DNA from: Heteronotia binoei
Lineage: Eukaryota
Length of the DNA stretch: 64,000 bases
Direction of reading: 5' to 3'
Assembly: GCF_032191835.1 (NCBI RefSeq)
Contig: NC_083231.1
Span: forward strand, 86,986,001-87,050,000
The notes below the pieces were generated by a model. That model saw nothing but the letters and a program-made list of their open reading frames with translations. It made no database searches and was not told the origin of the DNA. The position numbers and the translations under genes are program-made. Position 1 is the first letter of the stretch. Each line of letters starts with the position of its first letter. Shown piece after piece: positions 1 through 12,370 of this stretch.

Positions 1-338
1 CAACAAATCCCTTCTTTGGGCAAGCCAACTTCAGAAGCTGGGCCTAATCCAGTTTCAACCATTCATATGGTGTCACATCCCTAAAAATCACATTGATTCT
101 TCTGCATATCAGGCAACATTTCTTTCTCAGTTAACAAATTCATTCTTAAAGTTCACAGCTTTATATTTTGCAACTTTATATGCATTTACATCTTTATATA
201 AAGAAAGAGGAAAATCTATTCTGAAACAAAAGCTGCATGTAAAACTGAAGATCTGTGATCTTCTCATGGGGAGGACAGCACTGACAGTAACACAAAATGC
301 CTCAATCCAAGTCCTAAATCCCATTAAAACAGTCATAC

Positions 339-444
339 CTGCTGTTATCAAATAAGCCGCAACTATTTTGTGCTCAGTCGGAGTAAAAGCTGAATGAGGT
401 TCATGTTCGCTTTCTGAAGAGTTAGTGGAATCATTCAGAAACAT
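339..444 (-). CDS. RRH: Peropsin (RPE-derived rhodopsin homolog), coding exon 1; the rest of the gene lies left of the window
   Basis: Translates MFLNDSTNSSESEHEPHSAFTPTEHKIVAAYLITA(G), matching the peropsin N-terminus (human ...VFSQTEHNIVATYLIMAG); 106 nt ending at a G|GTATGA phase-1 donor; syntenic next to GAR1. Confidence 0.9.
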
Positions 445-998
445 TGCAAGGAAAAGAAAGTTGGGAATTTCCCTCCAGATCAAACTTGCCATTCAAAAAA
501 CACAGCAGGGCTTTTCAGGCAAATTCCTTCCCCCAGCAAAACTGGAGCAGTTCTTCCGCACAAAAAGGCTCCCAACAGGATTTAGGCTAAAGAGCAAAGG
601 GGTTTACATTCCCAGCCTATGAAGGCAAAGGCTCATTAGCCCAACAAAGACCATCACAGAGTTGCATGCTGTTTTTTAACAAGATGCTTATGGGCTGAAG
701 CATTATTACTAAAGAGATTAACAGTTGCAGCGTCCTCACAATTTGTACTGCAACTAATTTTTTTTAACCTAAAATGCTGCTAAAAAATGGGCAAGGATTG
801 GATTTGGGCTTTGTTTAGAATTGTCAAATGGCCCAAGATGCTGACAATACAGTCAATCTCCTCCCCACTTTAAAATAAGACATAGTTCAAATCTAAGAGT
901 AAGCAGAAAAAACAACCCCTTTCCCCGCTAACTTGCTTAATGCCACAGATGCTGCTATTTCTCCTGCCCAGGGAAAACAAATACGTATAACTCTAAAC

Positions 999-1179
999 CA
1001 GGGGTGGCCAAACTTACTTAATGTAAGAGCCACATAGAATAAATGCCAGATGTTTAAAAGTCACAAAACAGGAAGCAAATAGATGGGGAGAGGGAAGGTA
1101 GAAATAAAGCAACTTTAATTTTAATGCATTCTCCAAACTGGCCGCACGTGGCTCCCAAGCCACAGTTTGGCTACCCCTG
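999..1179. mobile_element. hAT MITE (CAGGGGTGGCCAAAC family)
   Basis: TIRs CAGGGGTGGCCAAAC...GTTTGGCTACCCCTG; perfect 8-bp TSD CTCTAAAC; related copies at 15348 and 48381. Confidence 0.85.
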
Positions 1180-1994
1180 CTCTAAACACTACCTATCTAT
1201 TCCCACCTCAGGACAGGATTTGCACTAGAAATCAGGTAAGTGGGAAAGAATTAAGCCATCAACAGGGTTACCCCATTGATCACAGATCTTCAGTTTTACA
1301 TGCTGCTTTTGTTTCATATTGTCATCTTGTCGTATAGAAAGCTATAATCTGAAATCCCAAATGGAAATATCTTTAAAGTGCCTGTTTAAGGAGAAGTACT
1401 TATCAGCTTCTAGGATAATTAGAAACCTCTTAAGATTGTCATCATACACTTGAATTGGAGCAGTGCCAAAAATGTAATGACGAAGTCTGCAGGAAGTTCT
1501 GCAGAACCCCAAGTCCCCCCCCCCCTCCTCCATCGTCAGGTAGTTCTCAGCCCACCAGAGTTTGCACAGACACAATCAAATACACAAAAATGTAGTGTAT
1601 TATTTTCATTAGCCTTTTGGCTGCTTGCCTTATGCAAGCCTCACTTATACTCTACACCAGGAATGTCCAACTTCGAAGAGGTTTTTCCGGACAAAAGTGC
1701 TGGTGATCTACCACCATGAAAATTAAGTTTCGAATTAGATTTTAACCCACCAAAGTTGGGTTCCACCTCCCTCCCATTTACAATGCATCTTCTGTCATTT
1801 ATTGGTAAGCAAAAAAAAAAAAAGAGACAAAGATCCAAAAAGAACTGCAAACAGTTTTTCTTAAATTTTTATTGTTATAACTTTCTATAACTGTCTTAAT
1901 AACTTTAAGTTTTATTGAGTAGTTTGTGTTAAATGTAGGTCAAATATTGATCCAGGCTGATCTTGTGCAAACTTTAAAACTTCTATCTTGCTAA

Positions 1995-4045
1995 TTAGTG
2001 AGACATCTGAGCCTGCATTTCATCCACCAGCTTTTTGAAGTTGGGTGAATATTGCGTGAGGGTCAGTCTCAGGAAATCCTGGAGATGTTCATCTGCATTT
2101 TGGAACACTGTGTACTCTGTCATTTACAGATGGGAAAATGCAGATTCACACAAATAAGTTGAACCGAACAGGAGTGAACAGCTTCACTGCATCTTCTCAA
2201 GTTGGAAAATTTGTCTCTAGGCACTAACTTCCAAAATGATTCTTGCTCAGTACGGGTCTTGAGAAAAATGTCATTTTTAAGGGTTACTATTTCGTTTTCA
2301 AGAGATTCTTTGTTCAGTGAGTAATTTTTACTGATAGCAGCTGCAGTTTCCTTAATGTCCATATCTACTTTGAATGGATATGACAAGTACTCCACAACTT
2401 TTTCAATTTCAAGTCACAGAATCTTTTTTCAAATTCCTGGATAACAGAGCAGATTTCTGTCACATCTCGTTCTGAAAAACAAAATTTGGATATTGTCCCA
2501 GATGGTCCTGCGTATTAGGAAAATGATCATCATTAGCTTAAATTTGCTCTTGTAGGATGAAACTGTACTCATCTCGCTAATGCATTTGTTTTTACCTTGT
2601 AATTCAATGGTCACATCACTAAGTCCAGTTTGGTGTGGAGAGCCAGTTTGGTGTAGTGGTTAAGTGTGCGGACTCTTATCTGGGAGAACCGCGTTTGATT
2701 CCCCACTCCTCCACATGCACCTGCTGGAATGACCTTGGGTCAGCCACAGCTCTGGCAGAGGTTGTCCTTGAAAGGGCAGCTGCTGTGAGAGCCCTCTCCA
2801 GCCCCACCCACCTCACAGGGTGTCTGTTGTGGGGGAGGAAGGTAAAGGAGATTGTGAGCCGCTCGGAGACTCTTCGGAGTGGAGGGCGGGATATAAATCC
2901 AATATCTTCTTCTAAGTTCGTCTGTAAAGTCAGCGAGAAATGCCAGATCACATAACCACTCCTCATCTTCCAACTCTGCTTTGTCACCTCCCCTCTCCTT
3001 CAAAACCTTATTTCATTCAGCAAATCATGAAATCTTTGCAGAAATTTGTGCCTACTTAGCCATCTTACATCAGTGTACAAAATGATTTCCGCTGCCCCTT
3101 CATCAAGAGTAAGATTGAAAAGCTGTCTTTGAAGTGATCTTCCACGAACTGAATTTACAATTTTGAAAGTGATGTCCATGACAGTCTTTGTATTGAGTCT
3201 CTTGCTTACCAAAACTTGCTGGTGAATGTAGTGGTAAGAAAGGAAATCTGGAAAGTCGTCATGCTGTCTACAGAGGCCTATGAAACCGTTAACCTCACCT
3301 GTCATTGCTCTTGCTCCATCAGTAGTGATGGAAACAAGTTTATGCAATGGAAGATTACACTTTGTCACAAAAGAATGGAAAGAGCTGAATATTTCCTGAC
3401 CGGTAGTTCTCCCTTTTAAAGAAATCATTCCAAGTAGTTCTTCTTTAATACTGAAGTCTTCAAAAAGCATCTGGATAAACACTAGTAACTGGCTATGTCT
3501 CTTATGTCTGTAGATTCATCCAGTTGGAGTGAGAAAGCAACACAAACTGAAACATTCTCCAACAATTGTTCAGTTGTGTCTCCACACATCTTTTCTATTC
3601 GCCGCACAATGGTGTTTCTTGACAATTGTACATCTTATTCTTAAATCCTTCAAAAAGATTGTCTGCTGCTTCAAGAAAACAATCCTTTATAAATTCTCCT
3701 TCACTGCAAGGTTTGCATTTCTTTGCGGTCAGGTTGCTGACCTTGAAGGATGCCATGGTTGCATTGACCAAATATGACCTTGGCTTCACCATCAACTGTT
3801 GCTGTGCAGCCAATTTAGATTTTAAGTTCTTTGCGCTTCGGTTTATGAATTTCACTTTTGGGTGGAAAATCAGCATCAAACTTATTGCTATGCAGAGCCT
3901 TATAATGATGCTCCAGATTACCCTTTTTAAGCAAGGATACAGCGGCGTGATAAAGTAGACAACACTTGTCTTTCACCATGATGAAATAGTCCATTTCCCA
4001 TTCATCGTGAAAGTGGTAGGTTTTGCTCTTCTTTGGAACACTCAT
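1995..4045 (-). mobile_element. Decayed near-full-length hAT (Buster/Charlie, GTF2IRD2-like) transposase, interrupted by a SINE
   Basis: Frameshifted segments MSVPKKSKTYHFHDEWEMDYF, LDESTD (3506-3520), SITTDGARAM, RWLS, WLCDLAFLADF, FGSTYLCESAFSH and ...QAQMSH*; about 1.76 kb after removing the SINE; no TIRs recognised. Confidence 0.9.
2625..2911 (+). mobile_element. tRNA-derived SINE (Squam3-like) nested in the hAT transposase
   Basis: Head GAGAGCCAGTTTGGTGTAGTGGTTAAG with B-box-like GTTTGATTCCC; tail GAGGGCGGGATATAAATCCAATATCTTCTTCT; TSD CTAAGT at 2619-2624 and 2912-2917; removing it restores DFTDEL-SDVTIELQGKNK. Confidence 0.85.
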
Positions 4046-4453
4046 CTTTGTTATACTGGGGTGGCTGGGGTGCTAAGTTAACACTGGTTGAATCTGGTCC
4101 AAAACTGTCACTGTCCCAAAGTATTAAAGATAAACAGGAATTGAAAACCTCTGGATGATGCCAAAACCACACATGCAGTTCTAAAAGTTAAAATAAGAAT
4201 TCATCATACTGGCACCAATAACCAAATACCACCACACCAAATAATCATCAAAAACCCAAACACCTGTCCAGCAAACCATGAGACCAAGTGGGGCTGATGA
4301 TCTACCTCTGATCCCTCCGCGATCTATCTGTTGGGACATACCTGCTCTACACCCAGATAACTGAAAAGGAATGATCAAGATGAGACATGTTAGCACACCG
4401 GTCATCTCACTTTGAGCAGATTTACTCAAGTTCAATCACTCTTACTTCCAAGA

Positions 4454-4682
4454 GGGGAGGGGAGGTGGCTCAGTCATAGAGCATCTGCTTTGTAAGCAGA
4501 AGGTCCCAGGTTCAATCCCCGGCATCTCCAACTAAAAAGTGTCCAGGCAAATAGGCGTGAAAGACCTCAGCTTGAGACCCTGGAAAGCCGCTGCCAGTCT
4601 GAGTAGACAATACTGACTTTGATGGACTGAGGGTCTGATTCAGTATAAGGCAGCTTCACATGTTCATATATATATATATATA
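4454..4682 (+). mobile_element. tRNA-derived SINE (Squam2-like) with (TA)n tail
   Basis: A box TGGCTCAGT, B box GGTTCAATCCC, body matching the copies at 27408, 37247 and 43039. Confidence 0.85.
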
Positions 4683-4998
4683 AGTGCGTTTAAGACTGAA
4701 GTCTGAGGCACTTCACAGGTATTTCTGTGATTACAGATGAACTGTTTTAAACAGCAATAATAATTAGCTGTCTCAAGATTCTCATGTGAAAAATTATATC
4801 TATTGTACACACATGTATGACTTGCATCTGTGAACTCGCCAATACTATATACCATCAGCAACCGGTACTGTGAAGCAGCAAAAATACTGTGATGAGGGCA
4901 ACTCAAGGTCACCCTCCTACCAAATGCAGACTTGGATCCAGCAATGCGCAAGCAGAAACACAAACTCAGTGCAGTTCTGCTTGCACTACAGCCTAGTA

Positions 4999-5563
4999 CA
5001 GGAGTGTCGAACTCATTGGTTATGAGGGCCAGATGTGATATAAATGAGACCTTGCTGGGCCGGGCCATGTGTGTCATAAAATGTCAGGTAGCAGAAATAT
5101 AAATTTTTTAAAAGACACAAACACAAAGATTTTTTTTAAAAAAACTTAATAAAACATGCTTAAAACATTACAACTTGTTGGTCTTAAATGTGTTTTCTTT
5201 GTATCTCTCCTTTGCAATTCAAGCTCTCTCAATCGCACAGCAGAGCTACTGAGCCAAGCCTCTCTTTCTTCAATTGGCTAAGGATCCTCCCCCTCCTGGT
5301 CCCCTGGAGAAGGAAGGCAAGTCACCTTCCAAAGCAAGCTATCCCTCCCCCCTTTCCTCCCCAAGGGAAGAGCCTCAGTCAATGGAGAAAACAGAGGCTT
5401 TTTAGCTCCTATGCAATTGAGCAAGCCTGCCAAAGCAAGCTGTGATGCAGAAGGAAGCAAGAGAGAGGGAGAAGAAAGCAGACAACAACCAGTTGCTCAG
5501 GGGCCTGATAGAAGCCCTCCGGGGGCCTGATTTGGACCCCAGGCCACATGTTTGACACCCCTG
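4999..5563. mobile_element. hAT MITE (CAGGGGTGTCAAAC family, about 550-650 bp)
   Basis: TIRs CAGGAGTGTCGAAC...GTTTGACACCCCTG; internal sequence shared with the copies at 6944, 10003, 21389 and 51763. Confidence 0.85.
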
Positions 5564-6099
5564 GTCTAATGCTTTCCGTCCTATATATTACAGTGCTCGC
5601 AAACTGACTGCACACTGTCTTGCACAATTGGAAATTCAAATGGAGATGCAGTATGCTGGACTCAGCACAAGCAACTATGTAGTCTTTTTCTTGTGTTTCT
5701 ACTTAGGCAAGAGCTTGAGCATAAGTGAAAATTCTGTGCTGGATCCAGCCTGTAATGCTTACTGGAAATCCACAGGCACAGCGTTAATTTCTTAACCGTG
5801 CTCTCTTACAGCATTGGTGCACACTGACTGCATATGTGTCATCACCATGAGACAAAAGAAATATGCATGGGAGAAACATATATAGCATCCCAAAAATGTA
5901 ATACGGGTTCAACATAATTACAAAAGGAACTTCAAAAATTACATTTAGGAAAGTTATAAATACATACAATTGTGAAACAGCATTCAAGTTGTCTTGACAT
6001 TCTTTTAAGACTGACCAACACACACAAGACACCGAGTTTTGGGGAAAGGGGGAGAAAAGTATAAAGCATTGTGCATGTTATTTCAAACCTGCAAGCTAT

Positions 6100-6110
6100 T
6101 TTATTTTATT
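6100..6110 (-). terminator. Candidate GAR1 polyadenylation signals (two tandem AATAAA on the minus strand)
   Basis: Plus-strand TTTATTTTATT about 290 nt past the GAR1 stop. Confidence 0.45.
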
Positions 6111-6399
6111 TCCCTCTTCTGAGGTTTTCAGTAAAAAAACAAAACACTTTTGTTTTTAAAAAATAACATTCTATTTCATATCTGATAAAAACAAGATCCA
6201 AATATATTTCAAGGTCAGAATTGCAAGATCTTTACAGTTCTTCAAAAATTGTCCTCTCTTAATAAGTTATCCTTGAGCCAGAGATAAGACAGTCTTTAGT
6301 CAACTGGCATGCTGCAAAGCTCACATCTCACATCATTCAAGAATTCATCTCAGGGGCATCCTGTTGAAGCCACAAGTGTAAAGTTTTCCAGATGGTCAT

Positions 6400-6413
6400 T
6401 TAACGTCCTCTAC
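6400..6413 (-). CDS. GAR1: GAR1 final coding exon (G-R-G-R-stop)
   Basis: TAG|GT AGA GGA CGT TAA; 14 nt, phase 1; human equivalent ends GRGH*. Confidence 0.85.
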
Positions 6414-6943
6414 CTAATTTGAAAGACAAAAGAACAAATTAAATCCTTTACAGACACTGCTTGGAAAGAATGTAGTGGCTCTTATGATAAAAAGATGGCT
6501 GCAACAGCAGCACCTTCAGTCTACTATTTTCACTGAAGATGTTGAAACAGTAAAAGAACTGAGCTGGGTACTCTGCTCTTCAAATCATCTACTATCAAGG
6601 AACCTTTTCCACAGACCTGAATGCTAAGGAGTACTGATGTACCTGCCAAAAAAAGCCAACCAAACAAAAACCCCTAAGAACTTTGGAGAATACACACTGA
6701 TGCATGGTCACCTACCAGGCTCTGATGCTCACTGCTGCTCCCCAGAGTACACAACACTCTCCTGTGGCTGCAGATTGCAGGAGATCAGAGCTAGCTGACA
6801 AGCAGTGTTTTAAAGAAGACTATCTTCAGCTACTGATGCTCCCACTGAATTGATCTGATAAGCTTCCCTTTGAAGCTTAAGTTCCTTGGAACACAGTCTG
6901 AAAACCATTTTCTACAGCTTCAAAAGCCAGAAGACTGCTTAGA

Positions 6944-7594
6944 CAGGGGTTTCAAACTTATTTGTTATGAGGGCCGAATCTGACATAAATGAGACCTTGT
7001 TGGGCTGGGCCATATCAGGTTGGGCCGGGCCATGTTGGGCCAGGCCATGTGTATACCTATTCAAGATTAGGTAGCAGAGAGATAAACTTCATAAAGGACA
7101 CAAACACAATTAAATTTATAAAAAATTAAAACATGATTAAAACGTTAGCCCTTGTTGGTCTTAAAGGTGTTTTCTTTTTATCTCTCCTATGGGATCCAGG
7201 GAACTGGGCAAAGGAAGTTCTGGCTCTTTCCTTCCTTCCCCAGAGGGCAGGAGGAGGAGGAGCTTCAGCCAATAGAAGGAAGAAAGTCTTGGCTCAGTAG
7301 TCCTGCTGTGCAATTGAGAGTGGCTGGAGAAACAAGCTCTGCTTTCCCCTTTTCCTTCTCAAGGGAGGAGCCTCAGCCAATGGAGAAAATAGAGTTTTTG
7401 CTCTGTAGCTCCTGTGTGATCAAGCAAGCTGCTATGCAGAAGGAAGGAAGAGATAGGGAGAAGCAAATGATAGCAATTGCTCGGGGGCCTGATAGGAGCC
7501 CTCTGGGGGCCTGATAGGAGCCCTCTGGGGGCCAGATTTGGCCCCTAGGCCGCATGTTTGTTCGGCCCCCAGGCCGCAAGCCAGGCCACCCCTG
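6944..7594. mobile_element. hAT MITE (CAGGGGTGTCAAAC family) in the last GAR1 intron
   Basis: CAGGGGTTTCAAAC...CACCCCTG; flanks GCTTAGA / GCTTAGAA; internal 22-bp tandem duplication near 7487-7533. Confidence 0.85.
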
Positions 7595-7714
7595 GCTTAG
7601 AATGTCTGCTGTGGATGTGATAGTGCCCTGAAAATTAAAAAGGGTGACATTAGTCGATTGTGTCTTGGAATCGGCATCACTAATTTGAATGTCCAGCTAT
7701 ACATATATCCTTAC

Positions 7715-7783
7715 CTCTAAATCCACGGCCACCACCTCCACCTCTGAACCCACCACCACCACCTCTGCCGCCCCGGAAACCAC
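7715..7783 (-). CDS. GAR1: GAR1 coding exon (C-terminal GAR/RGG domain)
   Basis: CAG|...GFRGGRGGGGGFRGGGGGRGFR...|GTAAGG; 69 nt, phase 1-1. Confidence 0.93.
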
Positions 7784-7986
7784 CTGCAGATATATAAATA
7801 GGTACATAGTTTAGATTTTATGGGCAGCAAACACGTAACAAATCTACATAGAGAACTACACAGAGAAATACTTGCAGTCGCCACAATCATCTTGCATTCA
7901 GAACTGGCCATTCCACCTTCTCAGAAGCAATCTCCCTTGCTTCACAATATACCTCTGAACACATTGCAATAAAGATTGCATCCTAC

Positions 7987-8125
7987 CTCCACCTCTTCCA
8001 CCTCCACCTCGGCCGCCACCTCTCCCTCCTCCACGCCCTCCTCTTCCTCTTGGAGGTCCTTTCTCACCAGGAGGCCTTGGCAAAAACCTTTGCAGTGGGA
8101 GCAGTTTCGCTGGGTCAATAAAGAA
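7987..8125 (-). CDS. GAR1: GAR1 coding exon (end of the core domain, start of the C-terminal GAR domain)
   Basis: TAG|[30 protein letters not shown]...; donor GAG|GTAGGA; 139 nt, phase 0-1. Confidence 0.92.
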
Positions 8126-8879
8126 CTACAGGAGAAAAAACTCAGAGTTCAGCTTTGTCCAAAAAACCCCAACAACAACCCACCTTTCTTACACTGCCGT
8201 ACATAATACAAATCAAACTAGTGTATTCCACATTTCATATTCATGTCCGGAATGAATGTGCCCTTCACAATGCTACAGTTACCTTAAACTAAAAAGACAG
8301 TCATAACTAAGTTCCAGTGGAACAACGTAAGGTGACTAATTCAATTTATGTTGGCGATCCTTCACAGGGTTTGCCAATATGTGATTTAAAATAAAAAAGC
8401 AACATGGGTAGCATGTGTATGTGTGTGACAGAGAGGCCAAGGGAAAATTTCCACCCATGCTGTGTTCTCAGGAGAACCAATCGCCATACTTCCCTTCCCA
8501 GCTATTTACCCTGGATGGGAAAATAATAATAAATAAGAAGCAGACTAAGAAGCAGAAACAGTAGTAATTAAAAAGACTACCATCAATACTGTACCTGTAT
8601 TTTCCCTTTATCATACTAATACCAGCTATGTGATGTTTCTATCAAACAAATCATTTGTGTGTTTTGGGGGGGGGGGGGGACGGAGAACAGAACACTCTCT
8701 GGAACCAACCCTATTGCAAGATTTAATGGCACACTATAAAATTCCCTTGTAGCGAATAGTCTGAGCCTGATTTCAACTGGACTGTACTACGGTGCAATGT
8801 ACTTAATGTCATGCACACATATTTAGTGCATGCATATTAGTTAGCTTGCTAAACTTCTCTTAGGAAGAGCTGCACTCAC

Positions 8880-8939
8880 CTTTTGTAGCTTTTTGAAGGA
8901 AGATGCTTTCATATTTTCTGACAATTTGACTGAAAAATA
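8880..8939 (-). CDS. GAR1: GAR1 coding exon
   Basis: CAG|YFSVKLSENMKASSFKKLQK|GTGAGT; 60 nt; matches the human peptide as recalled. Confidence 0.95.
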
Positions 8940-10002
8940 CTGTTAGAAATTTAAGGATTATATCACAAGCATTTATAATTCCCTTGATAAACAGAGTAAC
9001 AGTAGTTTCGTTTATGCAATGTGTAGGTCACATGACTGACTTTTTAGTATTTATATTAGAAAGCCTCAGCGTTTCTTTAGAGGAATGTATACTCCATAAT
9101 CCTTCCTTCAGTTTACATTTCAGGCAGGATTAGTATCCTCAGCCAACAGTCCCAGTTCCTAAAGATTAATACAGAAAAGGGGGAGTTGTATCATTAAATA
9201 TAATGGCAACAATCACCACCGTGAGAACAGCTGCCCTTTAGAAGCATTTAGTGTAACAAAACATAGTTGCACTTGAGAAACCCTATCCAAGAAAACACTA
9301 AGCTGCAAAACCCACTTAACTCAGATTTTTATTTGGTAATTATATTCCACTAGGTTGGAAATACTTCTCTCCTAATCCTTAAGGGACTTTCCAAATCCAT
9401 CTGGAGCCAATCAATTTCCCTGCAAAGTCATTCAAACCAAATCCCCCTCAGCTTAGAGAGGAAGAACTAGACCACAGTCAAAAGCTGTCCTTTCAAGCTG
9501 ACCATGAAGGTCCCCAAAAAGTCTACAAAGCATTTAAGCCAAAATCCCCAGTAAGGAGTTCCTGCAGTAAATGGCCTGGAAGTTCTATCAGAAAACTGAG
9601 CTTCAGCCATTCAAGCAGGACATCACTTTAATGCTTGAACATACAAAACAAGTTTTCAAAAGAAGCCACCTTATGACAGATTCTGTCATTATTAGTCTGT
9701 TTATTTACTCCTGCTCAACCATGACTTTTACTGCTCTCAGGATGTCCTGAGAAGCTGTCTGCCATCCTGGATCCAGGGCTTGCTGCTACAGGTTTTTCTG
9801 CTGATGCTGAGAGATGTGGTCAAAAGCCACACAGCATGAGGCTGCAGTGAGCAAGGGATCTGACAAGGTTCTTTGTTCTCCCTTATGCACCAATACAAGA
9901 ACAAGGAGGATCCAACCTCACATCTCTGCTGATAATTACCTCCATCTGCCAATGATGGCAGTAACAAACAGCCACACACTTGTACTTACAAAAGGGTTAG
10001 AT

Positions 10003-10551
10003 CAGGGGTGTTGAACTCATTTGTTGTGAGGGCTGGATCTGATATAAATGAGACCTTGCTAGGCCAGGCCATGTGCGTCATAAAATATAATGCCAGGTAG
10101 CAGAAATATAAACTTTATAAAGGACACAAACAAAGATTTAAAAAAAAACTTAAAATAAAACATGCTTAAAACATTACCACTTGTTGGTCTTAAAGGTGCT
10201 TTCTTTGTATCTCTCCTGTGCAATCCAGGCTCTCTCAATTGCACAGCAGAGCTACTGAGCCAAGCCTCTCTTCCTTCAATTGGCTGAGGCTCCTCCCCCT
10301 CCTGGTCCCCTGGGGAAGGAAGACAAGGGCCACACCTTCCAAAGCAAGCTATCCCTCCCCCCTTTCCTCCTCAAGGGAGGAGCCTCAGCCAATGGAGAAA
10401 ATAGAGGCTTTGTAGCTCCTATGCAATTGAGCAAGCCTGCCAAAGCAAGCTGTGATGCAGAAGGAAGCAAGAGAGAGGGAGAAGGAAGCAGACAACAGCC
10501 AGTTGCTCAGGGGCCTGATTCGGCCCCCGGGCCACATGTTTGACACCCCTG
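10003..10551. mobile_element. hAT MITE (CAGGGGTGTCAAAC family)
   Basis: CAGGGGTGTTGAAC...GTTTGACACCCCTG; collinear with the 4999 copy. Confidence 0.85.
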
Positions 10552-11295
10552 GATTATACAGTTCCATAGAGTATTGAATTTACAAATGTGATCACCAGAA
10601 TTAAATGCTGTTGCCTGAACCTCTACTTACACATTTCAATTTTTCTTTTCTTGAACACTGTAGAATCAACAGCTATCCTTTGGTGGCACAATAATCTCCT
10701 ATTCTTCAACTGCCCAGGTACAAGCTCAACTTCCAAAGGACATGTACTGGATATTGGTCCATGAATATGACCAGGGACAAGAGCCAGAAGTCTACCAAAT
10801 TAATCTGATAACTAACCTCCAAGATGAGCCTAAGATACCCTCCAACCCATCTACAGTGTTCTCACTGTGCAAGAAAGGACAATCAATGCAGTTCTTTCAC
10901 ACCAAATAAGAAGACAGGGAAAAAAATAAAGCTTAGAAACTAAAAATATTTAAAAACATCCATGTCCAATTTTAAAATCAAGCTCAACTGTGCAAAGCAA
11001 AGGGTAACTGAACTACCACAGCAGCATCCCAGTGTCTGAACTGATGCAAAGGTCCAATCCATCAGCTTGCTAGGATGAAATGTCAATCTCTAGCCAGCTT
11101 ATCCTGTAGCTTATAAAAGGAGAGAGAGAAACTGCAAGGCCTCTTTAATGTCTACAGAGCTCAGCTCGCTTCTAGATGTTACTGTAGTGTTAACCAATCT
11201 GGGTTTTCCTTTAAAAAAACAAATGCAGAACATAGATATTTAGACTGTAAAAATGTTCTTCTACAAACATTCATAAGTACACTATTAAAGGATAC

Positions 11296-11450
11296 AAAGT
11301 CTCTAAGCTGCCCAAATATTTCATCCACTTTCCCAATTTGTTCTTTATTTTCTAAGTAGACTGGTGCATTGAAATAAGGCACTTTGTTTTCCTGAGTTGT
11401 ACATTTGCAAACAATGTCATCTTCGCATGGGTGCATAAACTCTCCCAGGA
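11296..11450 (-). CDS. GAR1: GAR1 coding exon (Gar1/Naf1 core domain)
   Basis: CAG|(I)[51 protein letters not shown]|GTATCC; 155 nt. Confidence 0.97.
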
Positions 11451-11544
11451 CTGTAAATAAGTAAATAAATTTATTAATATCAAGCATTCAGTCAGAATGT
11501 AAGTTTCTTTAAAACAAAATCCATCCTGAATTAATTTAACTTAC

Positions 11545-11725
11545 TGACAACACTTTCTGGGGGTCCTTGATCATATCTGTTGAAGCCTCCTCGGCCACCT
11601 CCTCGACCAAATCCTCCTCCTCGGCCAAATCCTCCTCTCCCACCACCACGTCCCCCTCTGTTGAAGCCACCACCCCGATTGAAGCCTCCACCTCGATTGC
11701 CACCGCCTCTTCCTCGAAACGACAT
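11545..11725 (-). CDS. GAR1: GAR1 first coding exon; H/ACA ribonucleoprotein subunit 1, N-terminal GAR domain
   Basis: ATG at 11725, MSFRGRGGGNRGGGFNRGG...YDQGPPESVV, donor A|GTAAGT; six coding exons sum to 618 nt = 205 aa + stop. Confidence 0.96.
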
Positions 11726-12131
11726 CTCTTCTCTTCTGCTTAATACAGAAAGTGTTAACCGGCATTAACAGGCCTTCTTGGCCTTCTCAACAATTATCTG
11801 GAACTTGCATCGCATCATATACTAGTGACAGTCAATACACCAAAGAGTGAAACAACTATTAAGAAGAAATGTGAAAATCTGGTGATAGCCTGTTTTTAAT
11901 GGGAAAATTGAGATGTTCTAGGCTGCATTGATAAAAAAAAATGCCTATAATGAGAGAAACTGTTTTTAATTCATGGTTGTTATTTACACAAAATGTATAG
12001 CATTAAGAAGTCTGAGGGGTCCTCTCTTCCTCAGGCAAAAATTTGAAATTCTGGGAGCTCTGAAAAGACAATCTCCTTTGAAAGGTCTCCCCACACTTGA
12101 ATTAGTAAAACTGATTAAAACAGCATGAGGA

Positions 12132-12370
12132 GTAGAAGGCGAACAGTTGGTTTTATATCCCACCCATCGCTACTCGAAGGAGTCTCAGAGCGGCTTACAA
12201 TCACCTTCCCTTTCTCTCCCCACAAAAGACACCCGATGAGGCAGGTGGGGCTGAGAGAGCTCTGATTGCCCCAAGGTCACCCAACTGGGTGCCCTGTGAA
12301 AGGAGTGAGGAATCAAATCCTGTTCTCCAGATTACAGCTGCCACTGAACCACTACACCAAACTGGTCTCT
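12132..12370 (-). mobile_element. Squam3-like SINE, older copy
   Basis: Reverse complement matches the 2625 copy (head AGAGACCAGTTTGGTGTAGTGG, tail GGGATATAAAACCAA). Confidence 0.75.

Noticed and set aside
7898-7986. Read-through or alternative donor (AG|GTATAT near 7952) extending the GAR1 RGG exon
   Set aside because: That donor is phase 2 and would frameshift the next exon; the phase-1 donor at 7987 gives the conserved exon structure.
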